In this document: in pieces, positions 17,770-27,620 of the stretch
Layout of the letters: each line of letters opens with the position of its first letter
Position numbering within the stretch: the stretch's first letter is position 1
NCBI GenBank assembly: GCA_900770185.1
Contig: CAAGJM010000035.1
Location: 149,761-213,760, forward strand
Direction: 5' to 3'
DNA from: Clostridia bacterium
Lineage (GTDB): Bacteria > Bacillota > Clostridia > Christensenellales > Borkfalkiaceae
DNA length: 64,000 nt
The notes under the pieces: generated by a model
Database searches by the model: none
Seen by the model: the letters and a program-made list of their open reading frames with translations, nothing else
What the model was told of the DNA's origin: nothing
Program-made: the position numbers and the translations under genes

Positions 17770-20034
17770 TTAGTCCTTGTGATAATTGCACTTTTTATCG
17801 CTGCACCTTACCTTTCCGTCTTTTTTTATGAGATATTTGCCGCAAGTCGGGCACATTTCGCCGGTAGGCTCGTCCCAACTTATAAAGTCGCATGCGGGGT
17901 AACCCGAACATCCGTAATAAACGGTGCCTTTTTTACTCGTCATTTTCTGCGTGGGTTTATGGCATTTCGGGCATATACCCGCGTATTCGTTCAAGCTCTT
18001 CGTCGCGCCGCATTTGGTGCACTTTAAATACTTACCGAACTTACCCGTTTTTAAAAGAGTTATACCGCCGCAAGAGGGGCATTTTTGGTCGCTGACGACG
18101 TCGCCTTCCTGCATTTTGGTGCCGCACGCGGCGTTCGGGCAGGCAAGATATTTACCGTACTTTCCTTCTTTTAAAATCATATTCGCGCCGCAGTTAGGGC
18201 ACTTGACGTCGCTTTCCTTTTCGTTCATATTGTGCGACTTGTTGCACTTATGGCAGAACAAATACTCGCCGAAACGCCCTGATTTTTTAACCATAAATTC
18301 GCCGCAGTCGGGGCACTTGATATCGGTTTTTTCTTCGTTATCCTGCGTGGCGGCTTTAAGTTCGGCCATAATGGGGTCGTAATAATCTTTAACCACTTTG
18401 TGCCAGTCCGCCCCTGCTTCCGCTATATCGTCGAGCCGCGTTTCCATTTTAGCGGTGAACTTTATATCCATTATGTCCGAAAAGTACTTCATCAGTAAGT
18501 CCGTCGCGGCGAACGCAATGGGAGTGGGAACGAGATATTTACCGCTCCTTGTGATATACTTGCGCTTTGTAAGCGTTCCGATAATCGTAGCGTAAGTCGA
18601 AGGTCTGCCGATGCCGTTTTCTTCAATCGCTTTAACCAAGGTCGCGTCGGTAAATCTGACGGGGGGCTTGGTGAACTTCTGTTCTTTATTAACCTTTAAA
18701 AGTTTAAGGTCGTCGCCCGCGTTCATATCGGGTAAAAGCTTATCGCTTTCTTCCTCCTCGTCGTCCGCTTTCTTGACGTTCACGAAGTCGTAAACGGCGG
18801 TGTAACCTTTAAATTTAACGCTTCTGCCGCTCGCTTTAAAGCCGTAGCCGCCAGCGGTTGCGCAAATTTGCATGGTGTAAAACTCCGCTTCGCTCATTTG
18901 CGACGCTAAATATCTCTGATAAATCAACTTATAAAGATTATAGTGGTTTTTATCGAGAATATCCTTAACGCTTTCGGGCGTAACGGTTATATCTATCGGG
19001 CGAATTGCCTCGTGCGCGTCCTGCGCGTTCTTCTTGGCTGAATATATATTCGGTTTTTGCGGAACGTATTCTTCGCCGAAATTCGCTTTAACGTATTTTA
19101 AGCACTCCGTCTGCGCGTCAACCGAAATACGGGTGCTGTCCGTTCTGATATAAGTTACCAACGCTAAGTGCCCGTTGGGCGTTTCGACGCCCTCGTATAA
19201 GTGCTGGGCAACCTGCATGACCTGAGGAGCGGAAAGCCCTAATTTTGCGGAAGCGTCCTGCTGCATGGTAGAAGTCGTGAACGGGGGAAGCGCGTGCGCT
19301 TTAGATACGCCTTTTTTAACGTCTTTAACGATAAACGGCGCGTTTATAACGGCGTTATACGTTTCTTCCGCCTCTTGTGCGCTCGTCGGCTTATACTTTT
19401 TGCCGTTTTTATCGGTCAAAAGCATTTTAAACTTCGCGCTGTCGCCGCGCTTTACTTCGGCGGATATGGTCCAGTATTCCTGCGGAACGAACGATTGAAT
19501 TTTGCGCTCTAACTCGACCGCAAGCCTTACGGCAACAGACTGAACCCTGCCCGCAGACTCGCCGTCTTTAACGCGGGTGCGAACGAATGGCGAAAGTTTG
19601 TATCCCACTATTCTGTCCAGAATTCGGCGCGCCTGCTGAGAATTAACTAAGTTATAATCTATTCTGCCGGGGTTTTGAAGTGCGTTTTTAACGGCCTTTT
19701 CGCTTATTTCGTTAAACTTAATGCGGTGCGTTTTACCCTTTATGCCCAAAACCTCGTACAAGTGCCAGGCGATTGCTTCACCTTCGCGGTCGGGGTCGGT
19801 CGCAAGGTAGACAAGGTCTGCTTTTTCCGCGCTCGCCTTTAACTGTTCGACCGTCTTTTTGCTTTTAGGTTCTATGACGTAAGTCGGCTCGAAGTTATGT
19901 TCTACGTCAACGCCGAAACGCTTTTCGGGAAGCCCCCTTACGTGCCCGCCGCTACCTAAAACTTTATATTTTCCGCCTAAAAACCTTTCGATTGTCTTTG
20001 CCTTTTTAGGCGATTCGACTATTATTAACTGCAT
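17770..20034 (-). CDS. topA: DNA topoisomerase I with C-terminal zinc-ribbon repeats
   Basis: MQLIIVESPKKAKTIERFLG.. (Toprim), active-site region, and multiple CxxC..CxxC ribbons in the C-terminal third. Confidence 0.95.
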   Translation of the reverse strand: MQLIIVESPKKAKTIERFLGGKYKVLGSGGHVRGLPEKRFGVDVEHNFEPTYVIEPKSKKTVEQLKASAEKADLVYLATDPDREGEAIAWHLYEVLGIKGKTHRIKFNEISEKAVKNALQNPGRIDYNLVNSQQARRILDRIVGYKLSPFVRTRVKDGESAGRVQSVAVRLAVELERKIQSFVPQEYWTISAEVKRGDSAKFKMLLTDKNGKKYKPTSAQEAEETYNAVINAPFIVKDVKKGVSKAHALPPFTTSTMQQDASAKLGLSAPQVMQVAQHLYEGVETPNGHLALVTYIRTDSTRISVDAQTECLKYVKANFGEEYVPQKPNIYSAKKNAQDAHEAIRPIDITVTPESVKDILDKNHYNLYKLIYQRYLASQMSEAEFYTMQICATAGGYGFKASGRSVKFKGYTAVYDFVNVKKADDEEEESDKLLPDMNAGDDLKLLKVNKEQKFTKPPVRFTDATLVKAIEENGIGRPSTYATIIGTLTKRKYITRSGKYLVPTPIAFAATDLLMKYFSDIMDIKFTAKMETRLDDIAEAGADWHKVVKDYYDPIMAELKAATQDNEEKTDIKCPDCGEFMVKKSGRFGEYLFCHKCNKSHNMNEKESDVKCPNCGANMILKEGKYGKYLACPNAACGTKMQEGDVVSDQKCPSCGGITLLKTGKFGKYLKCTKCGATKSLNEYAGICPKCHKPTQKMTSKKGTVYYGCSGYPACDFISWDEPTGEMCPTCGKYLIKKDGKVRCSDKKCNYHKD

Positions 20035-21128
20035 TAAAACCTACCTTTAACGGGCTTATATTCGCCGCCCGCCCCTTTCAGTATTAAACCTTTCAATTCA
20101 AGCATCGTTAAAATCGGAGTGAGTTCATAAACCTTAAAACCCGTCTTTAACAATATTTCGTCCGCGTTGCCGCTGCCGCCCGCGATTATATCGTAAACCG
20201 ATTTTTCTTTATCGCTGAGCGTTATAGTGTCGTTTTTATCGTTTTTAAGCTCAACGCCCAAAATTTCGGCAACGTCCTTACTCGTTTCGACGAGATGAGC
20301 CCCGTCCTTTATAAGCGAATTACAAAGCTCCCCTCCCGTAACGCCTACCGCATACGGAAACGCCATAACGTCAACGCCGTAATCGAGCGCATAGTCGGCG
20401 GTGTGCCTTGCGCCGCTTTTTCTATCCCCGCCCGCAATCAAAACCCCGTCGGAAAGTCCCGCTATTATTCTGTTGCGCACCGGGTAATGGTATGCAAGCG
20501 GAGGAACCGACGGCGGATATTCCGTTATACACAAGCCGTTATCGATAACCTTTTCGATAAGGTCGCGGTTCGCTTCGCTTTTTAAATAATTAAACCCGCT
20601 TGCGGTTACGCAAATAATCTTACCCGAGTTCAGCGCGCCTTGTATCGCCGCTTTATCCGCGCCGAACGCAACGCCCGTTACTACCGTTACGCCCGCGCCC
20701 GACAAACATTCGGAAACGTTTTTAGTTAAAGCCGCGTATTCGGGCAAAGTTTTGCGCGAACCGACTATCCCGACCGTTTTATCCGAGTTCAGCAAGCTTA
20801 AATCGCCCTTAGCGTACAAACAAAGCGGCTTAAAGTCGAGATATTTTAAACGGGTCGGATAATTATCGTCAAATATCGTAACCGGCGTAACGCCGTCGCG
20901 GTTAAGCGCGTCTATAATCTCGTCCGTTGCGCCCGAATTTATCGCTTCAAAAAACGTGTTCGCCGCCGCCCGGGATAAATTATCTTTTAAATAATCGACC
21001 GCCAAATATTTATTTTTAAAAATATCGGCGGGGTTATCGTAAAGTTCTAAAATAGCGGCTTTATGCTTGTACTCTAAATTAACTAGCCCGTCCAAAAACG
21101 CGACCGCCGCGTCGATGCCCGAAATCAT
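20034..21128 (-). CDS. dprA: DNA-processing protein DprA (Smf)
   Basis: ..GIVGSRKTLPEYAALT.. Rossmann-like DprA core. Conserved dprA-topA adjacency. Confidence 0.9.
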   Translation of the reverse strand: MISGIDAAVAFLDGLVNLEYKHKAAILELYDNPADIFKNKYLAVDYLKDNLSRAAANTFFEAINSGATDEIIDALNRDGVTPVTIFDDNYPTRLKYLDFKPLCLYAKGDLSLLNSDKTVGIVGSRKTLPEYAALTKNVSECLSGAGVTVVTGVAFGADKAAIQGALNSGKIICVTASGFNYLKSEANRDLIEKVIDNGLCITEYPPSVPPLAYHYPVRNRIIAGLSDGVLIAGGDRKSGARHTADYALDYGVDVMAFPYAVGVTGGELCNSLIKDGAHLVETSKDVAEILGVELKNDKNDTITLSDKEKSVYDIIAGGSGNADEILLKTGFKVYELTPILTMLELKGLILKGAGGEYKPVKGRF

Positions 21129-22645
21129 CTGAAACTGCTCCTGTAACTTATGGCTTCCAAAATATGCTCGGGGCGAATTTCTTCGCTTAAATCAAGGTCG
21201 GCAATCGTCCGCGCGACTTTGATTATTCTGCTTCGCGCACGCGCCGACAAGTTGAGCGTTCTGTACGAATTTTCCAAAATGGTTTCGCATTCCGCGCTTA
21301 ATTTGCAGTACTTTTTAAGGTGCTTTTCCTGCATTTCGGCGTTTACTTTTATTTTATCGCCTTTAAAGCGCTCCGCTTGAATTTTCCGCGCCATAACCGC
21401 GCGTTTTCTGACGGACGAACTCGGCTCTTCTTCGCCGTCGCCCGATAAATCTTTGTAGTCAACCCCGTCGACGTTCAACTGAATGTCGATTCTGTCGAGA
21501 AGCGGGCCCGATATTTTAGCGCGATATCTTTCGATTTGCGCCGCCGTACAAGTGCAAACTTTATCTTTACTGCCGTAGTTTCCGCACGGGCAAGGGTTCA
21601 TCGACCCGCAAAGAATAAACCGCGCGGGATATTTAACCGTCGCTTTCGCGCGGGAAACGGTTATTTCGCCGTCTTCAAGCGGCTGGCGCAAACACTCTAA
21701 GACCGAACGCGGGTATTCGGGCATTTCGTCAAGATACAAAACGCCGTTATGGGCAAGACTTATTATCCCCGGCGTTACGTTCTGCCCGCCGCCTATAATA
21801 GATACGCTCGACGCGGTGTGGTGCGGGGTTAAAAACGGGCGGCGGCGGATAATGCCGTCTTCCCCTTTTAGTTTGCCCGCTATGCTGTGAATAGCCGTGG
21901 TTTCCAAAGCTTCGTCAAAAGTCATATCGGGCATAACGGTGGGGATGCACTTTGCAAGCATCGTTTTGCCCGACCCGGGAGGCCCCGACATAATCATATT
22001 ATGCCCGCCGCTTACCGCAACCAGCATCGCGCGCTTTGCAACCGCCTGACCTTTGACGAATTTCAAATCGGAATCGTATTCGACGGGCTCGCCCGCGTTA
22101 AAGCTTCTTGTCTTGACCGTCTGAAAGTTGCCGATACCCGACAAAACGCTTAAAACGTCGTTTAAGTTTTTAAGAGCGTAGACGGATATATCTTCGATAA
22201 AACTCGCTTCGCTCGCATTGTTTAACGGAACGATGAATTTTGTGTACCCCGCTTTTTTTGCCGATAAAAGCATCGGAAGTATTCCCGAAATTTCACGCAA
22301 CGAACCGTCAAGCGAAAGTTCGCCAAGCAACACAACGTCGCTTATATCCGCGTTAAAATCGTTATTCCCTGCCGCCTTGATTATGCCCACCGCTATCGGA
22401 AGGTCTAAACCCGACCCGCCCTTTTTAACGTCCGCAGGGGCAAGGTTCACCGTAACTTTTGCGGCGGGGAACTTTTTGCCGCTGTTTTTTATCGCGGCAC
22501 GAACGCGCTCTTTAGACTCTTTAACCGAAGCGTCCGGAAGCCCGACCGTTTCAAACGCGGGGATCCCCGCGGACACGTCGACTTCTACGTCGACCGCAAA
22601 CCCGTCAAGCCCCGTTAAAGAATAACTTTTCGCCTTAGCAAGCAT
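21125..22645 (-). CDS. comM: YifB/ComM-family Mg-chelatase-like AAA+ ATPase
   Basis: N-terminal Lon-like domain, Walker A GPPGSGKTMLA, C-terminal ChlI-like domain. Confidence 0.9.
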   Translation of the reverse strand: MLAKAKSYSLTGLDGFAVDVEVDVSAGIPAFETVGLPDASVKESKERVRAAIKNSGKKFPAAKVTVNLAPADVKKGGSGLDLPIAVGIIKAAGNNDFNADISDVVLLGELSLDGSLREISGILPMLLSAKKAGYTKFIVPLNNASEASFIEDISVYALKNLNDVLSVLSGIGNFQTVKTRSFNAGEPVEYDSDLKFVKGQAVAKRAMLVAVSGGHNMIMSGPPGSGKTMLAKCIPTVMPDMTFDEALETTAIHSIAGKLKGEDGIIRRRPFLTPHHTASSVSIIGGGQNVTPGIISLAHNGVLYLDEMPEYPRSVLECLRQPLEDGEITVSRAKATVKYPARFILCGSMNPCPCGNYGSKDKVCTCTAAQIERYRAKISGPLLDRIDIQLNVDGVDYKDLSGDGEEEPSSSVRKRAVMARKIQAERFKGDKIKVNAEMQEKHLKKYCKLSAECETILENSYRTLNLSARARSRIIKVARTIADLDLSEEIRPEHILEAISYRSSFR

Positions 22646-22879
22646 TTGAACCCCCGAAAATTACTGTAAACAGTATACATTGTAAACCAACAAACCCAAA
22701 AAGTAAACGGTTTTTAACAAAATTTTCTTTTCTTTATTTATATATATAAGGATAGGGGATATATAAGGATAGGGGGTAGTGATTAGCGGTTTGCGGGTAG
22801 TAGAGGCGGTAATTATAATTGTTGTTAGCGGCTTGCGGGTATAATACCCGCAACGTTCCGCTTTTCCGTGCAATAATTA

Positions 22880-22905
22880 AAGCCGCGGAATTTCCGCGGC
22901 TTTAA
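22880..22905. terminator. palindromic hairpin terminator (GCCGCGG aattt CCGCGGC) with a T-run
   Basis: Perfect 7-bp GC stem. It follows the small ORF and the 170-aa protein gene on the minus strand. Confidence 0.6.
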
Positions 22906-22922
22906 GTTTAATTAAGTTTTAC

Positions 22923-23042
22923 TTAAACGGGTCTTGATAAGACCAGAAAAAGGCGGGAACCCTGCCGCAATGGCGGCAACCCGACTATAATGCTGAAAAC
23001 AACCACTGCCGTTATAAATATTTTTCTCTTTAATATACTCAT
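22923..23042 (-). CDS. candidate 39-aa small hydrophobic protein (not in the ORF track)
   Basis: RBS AAAGGAGAAG 6 nt upstream of the ATG. Translation: MSILKRKIFITAVVVFSIIVGLPPLRQGSRLFLVLSRPV (one TM). Immediately downstream of the 170-aa gene and upstream of the hairpin terminator. Confidence 0.35.
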   Translation of the reverse strand: MSILKRKIFITAVVVFSIIVGLPPLRQGSRLFLVLSRPV

Positions 23043-23104
23043 AATAAACTTCTCCTTTAAAATAAATTCCCCTTTTGATAATTACGCCAAAAATCGCCTT
23101 ATAC

Positions 23105-23617
23105 TCATACCGATGTTATAGAAACCATAAGTTCTAACTTATTAGGCATATACACAAAACGCGATATCCCCCTTGTTTCAAGCCAGTAGTATTCTTCGTC
23201 AAATATCGGACGATATTCCTGCGGAACGTTTTCATCCAGCCATCCGCCGCTCCTAAAATAGTAATTGAACGTACTCTCCAAACCTTTATTTTTTGAGTTG
23301 CTAAAATTAGTATCTTTAAGCCATTTAATCGGCTCTTCGTTAAATTTAAACACGACGTAGTACCTAGTGCCATCTTGGAAAACCAGTTCGTTAAAATTAA
23401 ACACAATTTCGGCGTCGTCGGGAAGAGTTATTTCCGCCCTGTTTTTTATGGCATTTATAGCGTATTGATTTTCACGCAGTCTTTTTTTCTCCGCGCGTAT
23501 ATCTCTTGTAGCATGCAATGTGATAGCTATTGCCGCTATTATAGCCGCTATTATAGCCGCCAACAAACTCAACACTATTAAAAATTGCTTTAAATTATTT
23601 TTCGTCGCTTGATTCAT
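23105..23617 (-). CDS. hypothetical N-terminally membrane-anchored protein
   Basis: 170 aa. The TM segment contains (AAII)3 encoded by a 15-bp tandem repeat. No recognisable family. Confidence 0.5.
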   Translation of the reverse strand: MNQATKNNLKQFLIVLSLLAAIIAAIIAAIAITLHATRDIRAEKKRLRENQYAINAIKNRAEITLPDDAEIVFNFNELVFQDGTRYYVVFKFNEEPIKWLKDTNFSNSKNKGLESTFNYYFRSGGWLDENVPQEYRPIFDEEYYWLETRGISRFVYMPNKLELMVSITSV

Positions 23618-23924
23618 AATTCAAACACCTCAAAACTTTGGTTTAGGCTAAGTTTGCCGTTTCAAAACAAAAAACGCGGGCGGTTTAATTCAAATCGCCT
23701 GCGCACAAAAAATCGCCATCGGTCTATCCCTCTTAGTACGGTCTTGTTAATACAGTTTTATCTTTCGTAAACGTAAAGCAACATTTGCTTTACAAACATA
23801 CTATGCCATAAATTCCGATTTTTGTCAACAGCTAAAACCAAAAAACGCCATATTATTTCGGCGGTTTTTAAACCCCGTTGAATTTTGCCTTGCAATATGT
23901 AAGGCGCAGTGTTATAATAAACGT

Positions 23925-24593
23925 ATGGTTAAATTTAACAACGAATGGGACGAGATTTTAGCCCCGCTACTAAGCGACGAAAAGTATTTAAAAATTCGCG
24001 AATTTTTAAAAACCGAATATTCTACGCACACGGTGTATCCCGATATGCACGATATTTTCAACTGCTTTAAAAAAACCGACTTTAAAGATATAAAAGCGGT
24101 TATTTTAGGGCAAGACCCTTATCATGAAAGGGGTCAGGCGCAAGGGTTCAGTTTTTCGGTGCCCGCAGGCGTAAAGTTCCCGCCGTCGCTTAAAAATATT
24201 TTTAAAGAATTATCGGCAGATTTGGGCTTTAAAGAGCCGAAAAGCGGCGATTTAACCAAGTGGACGAAAGAAGGCGTTTTACTTTTAAACACCGTTTTAA
24301 CCGTTCGCGAGGGGGAGCCTAATTCTCACAAAAACTGCGGTTGGACGTGGTTTACCGACGAAGTTATTAAAATCATCTCCGATAAACTAAATAACGTCGT
24401 ATTTATATTATGGGGCGCGAACGCGCGCGCAAAAAAAGAGCTTATAGATAAAAACAAACACTTTATAATCGAAAGCGCGCACCCCTCGCCCTTTTCCTGC
24501 GCGTACGGGTTTTTCGGCTCGAAGCCTTTCTCGCGCGCGAACAATTACTTAATTGCAAACAACATTGCACCGATTAACTGGAATTTGAATTAA
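23925..24593 (+). CDS. ung: uracil-DNA glycosylase (family 1)
   Basis: ..AVILGQDPYH.. water-activating loop and a C-terminal HPSPLS-like motif. Promoter TTGCAA-17-TATAAT ends about 9 nt before the ATG, so the mRNA may be leaderless. Confidence 0.9.
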   Translation: MVKFNNEWDEILAPLLSDEKYLKIREFLKTEYSTHTVYPDMHDIFNCFKKTDFKDIKAVILGQDPYHERGQAQGFSFSVPAGVKFPPSLKNIFKELSADLGFKEPKSGDLTKWTKEGVLLLNTVLTVREGEPNSHKNCGWTWFTDEVIKIISDKLNNVVFILWGANARAKKELIDKNKHFIIESAHPSPFSCAYGFFGSKPFSRANNYLIANNIAPINWNLN

Positions 24594-24670
24594 ATATATT
24601 GACTTTACAAAAAATTAAGTCTAAAATAATAACGTAAAAAACGGGCAACACCCGAAATAAGAGGTATTTT

Positions 24671-25399
24671 ATGAAAGTAATTATTGCAAAAGATTACGAC
24701 GATATGAGCAAAAAAGCCTATGAAGTAATGAAATCGGTCGTCACCGCGAAAGACGACGCTATTTTAGGTTTGGCAACGGGTTCTTCGCCCATCGGTTTAT
24801 ACAAATGTATGATTGAAGATTATGAAAAGGGCAACGTTTCGTACAAAAAAGTTCACTCCGTAAACCTTGACGAATATATCGGTCAGGGCGTAGGCGACGA
24901 ACAAAGTTACGTTGAATTTATGCGCAATAATCTTTTCAACCATATCGACATAGATATTAAAAACACCGACCTTCCCAGCGGGAAAGCCGCCGATATGCAA
25001 AAAGAATGTGACCGTTATAACAAAAAGCTTGACGGCTTATCGCAAGATATACAGGTTCTCGGCATCGGCTCGAACGGACACATCGGCTTTAACGAACCCA
25101 ACACTCCGTTCGGCTCGGAAACGCACGTCGTTGACCTTACCGCAAACACAATTAAAGATAACGCAAGGTTTTTTAAGTCGATTGACGAAGTTCCCACGCA
25201 AGCTATTTCTATGGGTATAAAGAACGTTATGCACGCTAAAAAGATTTTGCTCGTTGCAAGCGGCGCAAACAAAGCCGACGCTATTAAAGCGACCGTAGAA
25301 GGCCCCGTAACCGAAAAGGTTCCCGCGTCCGTTCTTCAACTTCACCCCGACTGCTATATCGTCGTAGACGAAGCCGCCGCGTCCAAACTCGGCAAATAA
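24671..25399 (+). CDS. nagB: glucosamine-6-phosphate deaminase
   Basis: MKVIIAKDYDDMSKKAYEV.. and the GLATGSSP motif. Confidence 0.9.
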   Translation: MKVIIAKDYDDMSKKAYEVMKSVVTAKDDAILGLATGSSPIGLYKCMIEDYEKGNVSYKKVHSVNLDEYIGQGVGDEQSYVEFMRNNLFNHIDIDIKNTDLPSGKAADMQKECDRYNKKLDGLSQDIQVLGIGSNGHIGFNEPNTPFGSETHVVDLTANTIKDNARFFKSIDEVPTQAISMGIKNVMHAKKILLVASGANKADAIKATVEGPVTEKVPASVLQLHPDCYIVVDEAAASKLGK

Positions 25400-25421
25400 T
25401 AAGCGTTATAAGTTTCAGCGA

Positions 25422-25456
25422 CAAATATTTTTAAAACCCCCTTGCTTTATGCAAGG
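25422..25456. terminator. bidirectional terminator between nagB (+) and gpsA (-)
   Basis: AAAACCCCCTTGC / GCAAGGGGGTTTT stem. Confidence 0.7.
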
Positions 25457-25537
25457 GGGTTTTGCCGTCTTTCTTATAAATATTAACTTTTAAATATTAA
25501 CTTTTGCGGGGGCGATAAAACCCGCCGCATAAAACTT

Positions 25538-26506
25538 TTAATAAAGCGTAAATTCTTCGCGCGTGCTACGAGCGAAAAGTTTATCGAACACCGCTTTCGG
25601 GTCGGCATTTTCATAAACTATAGAATAAACGGCGTTTACGATAGGCAATTCTTCCCCGTACTTTTCACCTAAAATTTTAAGGGCTTTTGCGGTTGAAACG
25701 CCTTCCGCGCTCTTTAAATACTTTTCTTTTTTAATGAACGCCATGCCGAAAGTGCGGTTGTGCGAATGTTCGGAGAAAAGCGTCGTTTCATAATCGCCCA
25801 AATGGCATAAGCCGTACGCCGTGAGTTCCTTTCCGCCCATTTTCTTTATAAGGCGGGAAATTTCACGCGCGCCGCGCGCCATAAGCGCGCCCTTTAAAGT
25901 GGTGTTGCCGCTTCCGTCAAGCATACCTGCGGCAATGCCCATAACGTTTTTTGCCGCCGCGCCCACTTCGTTGCCGAGCAAATCGTCGCCGTAATAAAAG
26001 CGGATAAGGTTCGAGCGCAAGCCGTCGGCTATAAACCTTGTAAGTTCGCGGTTTTCGCTGTCGATAACCATTAAGTTGGGTTTGCCCTTTAAAAACTCTT
26101 CTATATGACCGGGGCCTACCCAAATTGCAAGGTTTTGCCCGTCGACGCCGCACTCTTTCGCAATTTCGGAAAGCCTTTTACCCGTCGCTTCTTCAAGCCC
26201 TTTCATACATAAAACGACTTTTTTGCCTTTAAGCCCCTCGTTCATCGCGCGACTTAAAAGCTCGCGAAGCGATTGACTTAAAACGGATATAACTACGAGT
26301 TCCGCCCCGCTTAACGCAGATTTTAAATCGCTTGTTAAAACGACGTTTTTATTGAGGGTAACGTAATCGTTCTTACCCGTTTCCTTTAAAACGCGGTAAG
26401 ATTTACCGTCTTCACGCCCCCATTCGGTCACTTCATGACCGTTTTTCGATAAATACCAGGTTATAAAACTGCCCCATCTGCCGCAGCCCAAAACAGTTAT
26501 TTTCAT
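25538..26506 (-). CDS. gpsA: NAD(P)H-dependent glycerol-3-phosphate dehydrogenase
   Basis: MKITVLGCGRWGSFITWYL.. (GxGxxG) and GpsA-like length. Confidence 0.95.
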   Translation of the reverse strand: MKITVLGCGRWGSFITWYLSKNGHEVTEWGREDGKSYRVLKETGKNDYVTLNKNVVLTSDLKSALSGAELVVISVLSQSLRELLSRAMNEGLKGKKVVLCMKGLEEATGKRLSEIAKECGVDGQNLAIWVGPGHIEEFLKGKPNLMVIDSENRELTRFIADGLRSNLIRFYYGDDLLGNEVGAAAKNVMGIAAGMLDGSGNTTLKGALMARGAREISRLIKKMGGKELTAYGLCHLGDYETTLFSEHSHNRTFGMAFIKKEKYLKSAEGVSTAKALKILGEKYGEELPIVNAVYSIVYENADPKAVFDKLFARSTREEFTLY

Positions 26507-26546
26507 TTAACCACCTTTTATTTAGCTTAAATGTTAAAAAGACAAA

Positions 26547-27542
26547 TTATATCGCGCTGAATATACCGAGAAGTATTATACCCGCAATGGTCGCGCCTAT
26601 CGCCACGTAATGAAGCACGCTCAACTTTTCCTTTACGAATATCCTGCTCCACAAAACCGACAACACGCAGTACGCCGATATCATCGGAAGCCCCGCGTCG
26701 AAATCGGAAAACATAACCGCCATATAAAATATTTGCCCGACCGTTTCGCACGCGCCGCCGATTAACAGATATTTATTGAAAGCAAATTCGTTTTTCCCCT
26801 CACCGTTTTCGACAACGAAAAAGCTTTGCTTCTTTATAAATTTAACGTAAACGTAAGCGAAAATCGCGAAGCAAAGCGACGTAAACTCGAACGCGGTGTT
26901 AGACGCGTATTCGGACAAATCGAACAGGTTCTTTTCGGCTATGAACTGATCGCCGACCGTTCCGAGCGCATCAACTATTAAATAAATAATAGGAATCAAA
27001 ATCGCAATAAAACTTTTGGTGTACTTAAATTGCGACTTTTCCTGCCGTAAAAGCCTTGCTTCGTCGTTCTGGAAATATTCGACTATTCCTAAGCCGATTA
27101 TGCCGAGAGAGATTAACACGACGCCGACTATAGTCGGCGCGTCTAAACTCGCCCAACCTAAAATGACGCATATAACGAGTGCTAAACTCCCGGACGAGTT
27201 ACATATAGGACTGGACACGGAAAGTTCAATATATCTAAGCCCCGCATACCCTACGACCATTGCCGACAAGTAAATTGCCGCAACGGGCGCGTAATGCAAA
27301 AAGTCGATAGGTTTAAAGTCGGTATAAAACAAACTCAAAACAATGTCGGGTGCGGTTTCGGGGTCGATAAACAGACCGCCGATTATAGTTATGACGGCGT
27401 GAAGCCCCATAACTACGCCCACCATAAAGATAACTTTCCAATGGCTGTATTTATCGTTCTGAACGGTGCCGAGTTTTGAAAACAAGTCGGACCCGCTCCA
27501 GGCTACAAGCGCAAAAAGCGCGAAAATAAAATATTTAAACAT
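26547..27542 (-). CDS. polytopic membrane protein, possibly DMT/EamA-like
   Basis: 331 aa, about 10 predicted TM segments. Family assignment is weak. Confidence 0.45.
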   Translation of the reverse strand: MFKYFIFALFALVAWSGSDLFSKLGTVQNDKYSHWKVIFMVGVVMGLHAVITIIGGLFIDPETAPDIVLSLFYTDFKPIDFLHYAPVAAIYLSAMVVGYAGLRYIELSVSSPICNSSGSLALVICVILGWASLDAPTIVGVVLISLGIIGLGIVEYFQNDEARLLRQEKSQFKYTKSFIAILIPIIYLIVDALGTVGDQFIAEKNLFDLSEYASNTAFEFTSLCFAIFAYVYVKFIKKQSFFVVENGEGKNEFAFNKYLLIGGACETVGQIFYMAVMFSDFDAGLPMISAYCVLSVLWSRIFVKEKLSVLHYVAIGATIAGIILLGIFSAI

Positions 27543-27620
27543 TTGTAAAAATAGGTAAAACCAATAAGTTTTTTTAAAATAAAATAATTCTAAAATTTTA
27601 GTATTATAAGTGTATTTTTG

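Noticed and set aside
23770-23791. 9-bp-arm palindrome GTAAAGCAA cat TTGCTTTAC as a terminator
   Set aside because: There is no U-tract on either side, and it lies between divergent promoters, so a protein-binding site is more likely than a terminator. This is too speculative to list as a feature.
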